Made by a program: the position numbers and the translations under genes. The notes under the pieces are model-generated. The model made no database searches and was not told the DNA's origin. It worked only from the letters and a program-made list of their open reading frames with translations. From Malacoraja senta (Eukaryota), in NCBI GenBank assembly GCA_038087875.1, contig CM075996.1, forward strand, positions 6,574,001 through 6,638,000: 64,000 bases of DNA, in the 5' to 3' direction. Shown here one piece after another: positions 63,798 to 64,000 of the stretch. How positions within the stretch are numbered: the first letter of the stretch is position 1; every line of letters begins with the position of its first letter.

Positions 63798-64000
63798 CAC
63801 TGAAGCCTTGACCAAGCCCAGCCCAGCTACATAGTGCCAATCTATGTTTCTATAGCTTTTCTATGTTTCACTGAAGCCTTGACCAAGCCCAGCCCAGCTA
63901 CATAGTGCCAATCTATGTTTCTATAGCTTTTCTATGTTTCACTGAAGCCTTGACCAAGCCCAGCCAGCTACATAGTGCCAATCTATGTTTCTATAGCTTT
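63798..64000. repeat. 71-bp tandem repeat, about three copies, running off the window
   Basis: Units start at 63798, 63869 and 63940. Confidence 0.9.

Overview
Repeat-dense vertebrate genomic DNA, almost certainly from a cartilaginous fish (skate or ray), judged by abundant HE1/V-SINE-like and CR1/HER1-like repeats. There are three 200-N scaffold gaps (357-556, 39274-39473, 60736-60935). Three host genes can be assembled from splice signals. (1) A minus-strand epsin, EPN2-like in sequence, with ENTH domain, two UIMs and DPW motifs; six coding exons lie in the window and the gene runs off the left edge. (2) A plus-strand Polycomb gene, CBX6, with five exons; as written, the last exon carries two frameshifts. 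(3) The last coding exon of GTPBP1 on the minus strand. GTPBP1 and CBX6 mark the region as orthologous to human 22q13.1, which suggests the epsin is the ENTHD1 orthologue that kept its full epsin architecture. Mobile DNA includes a structurally complete but decayed DIRS1-like retrotransposon with ITRs, an ICR and an apparent alternative-splicing expression scheme; an intact 926-aa Rex1/Babar LINE; CR1 and L1 fragments; PIF/Harbinger MITEs; a palindromic THAP-bearing ISL2EU-like element; and many Penelope-derived short repeats carrying minimal hammerhead-ribozyme cores. Comparisons to human proteins and loci are from memory and need database confirmation.
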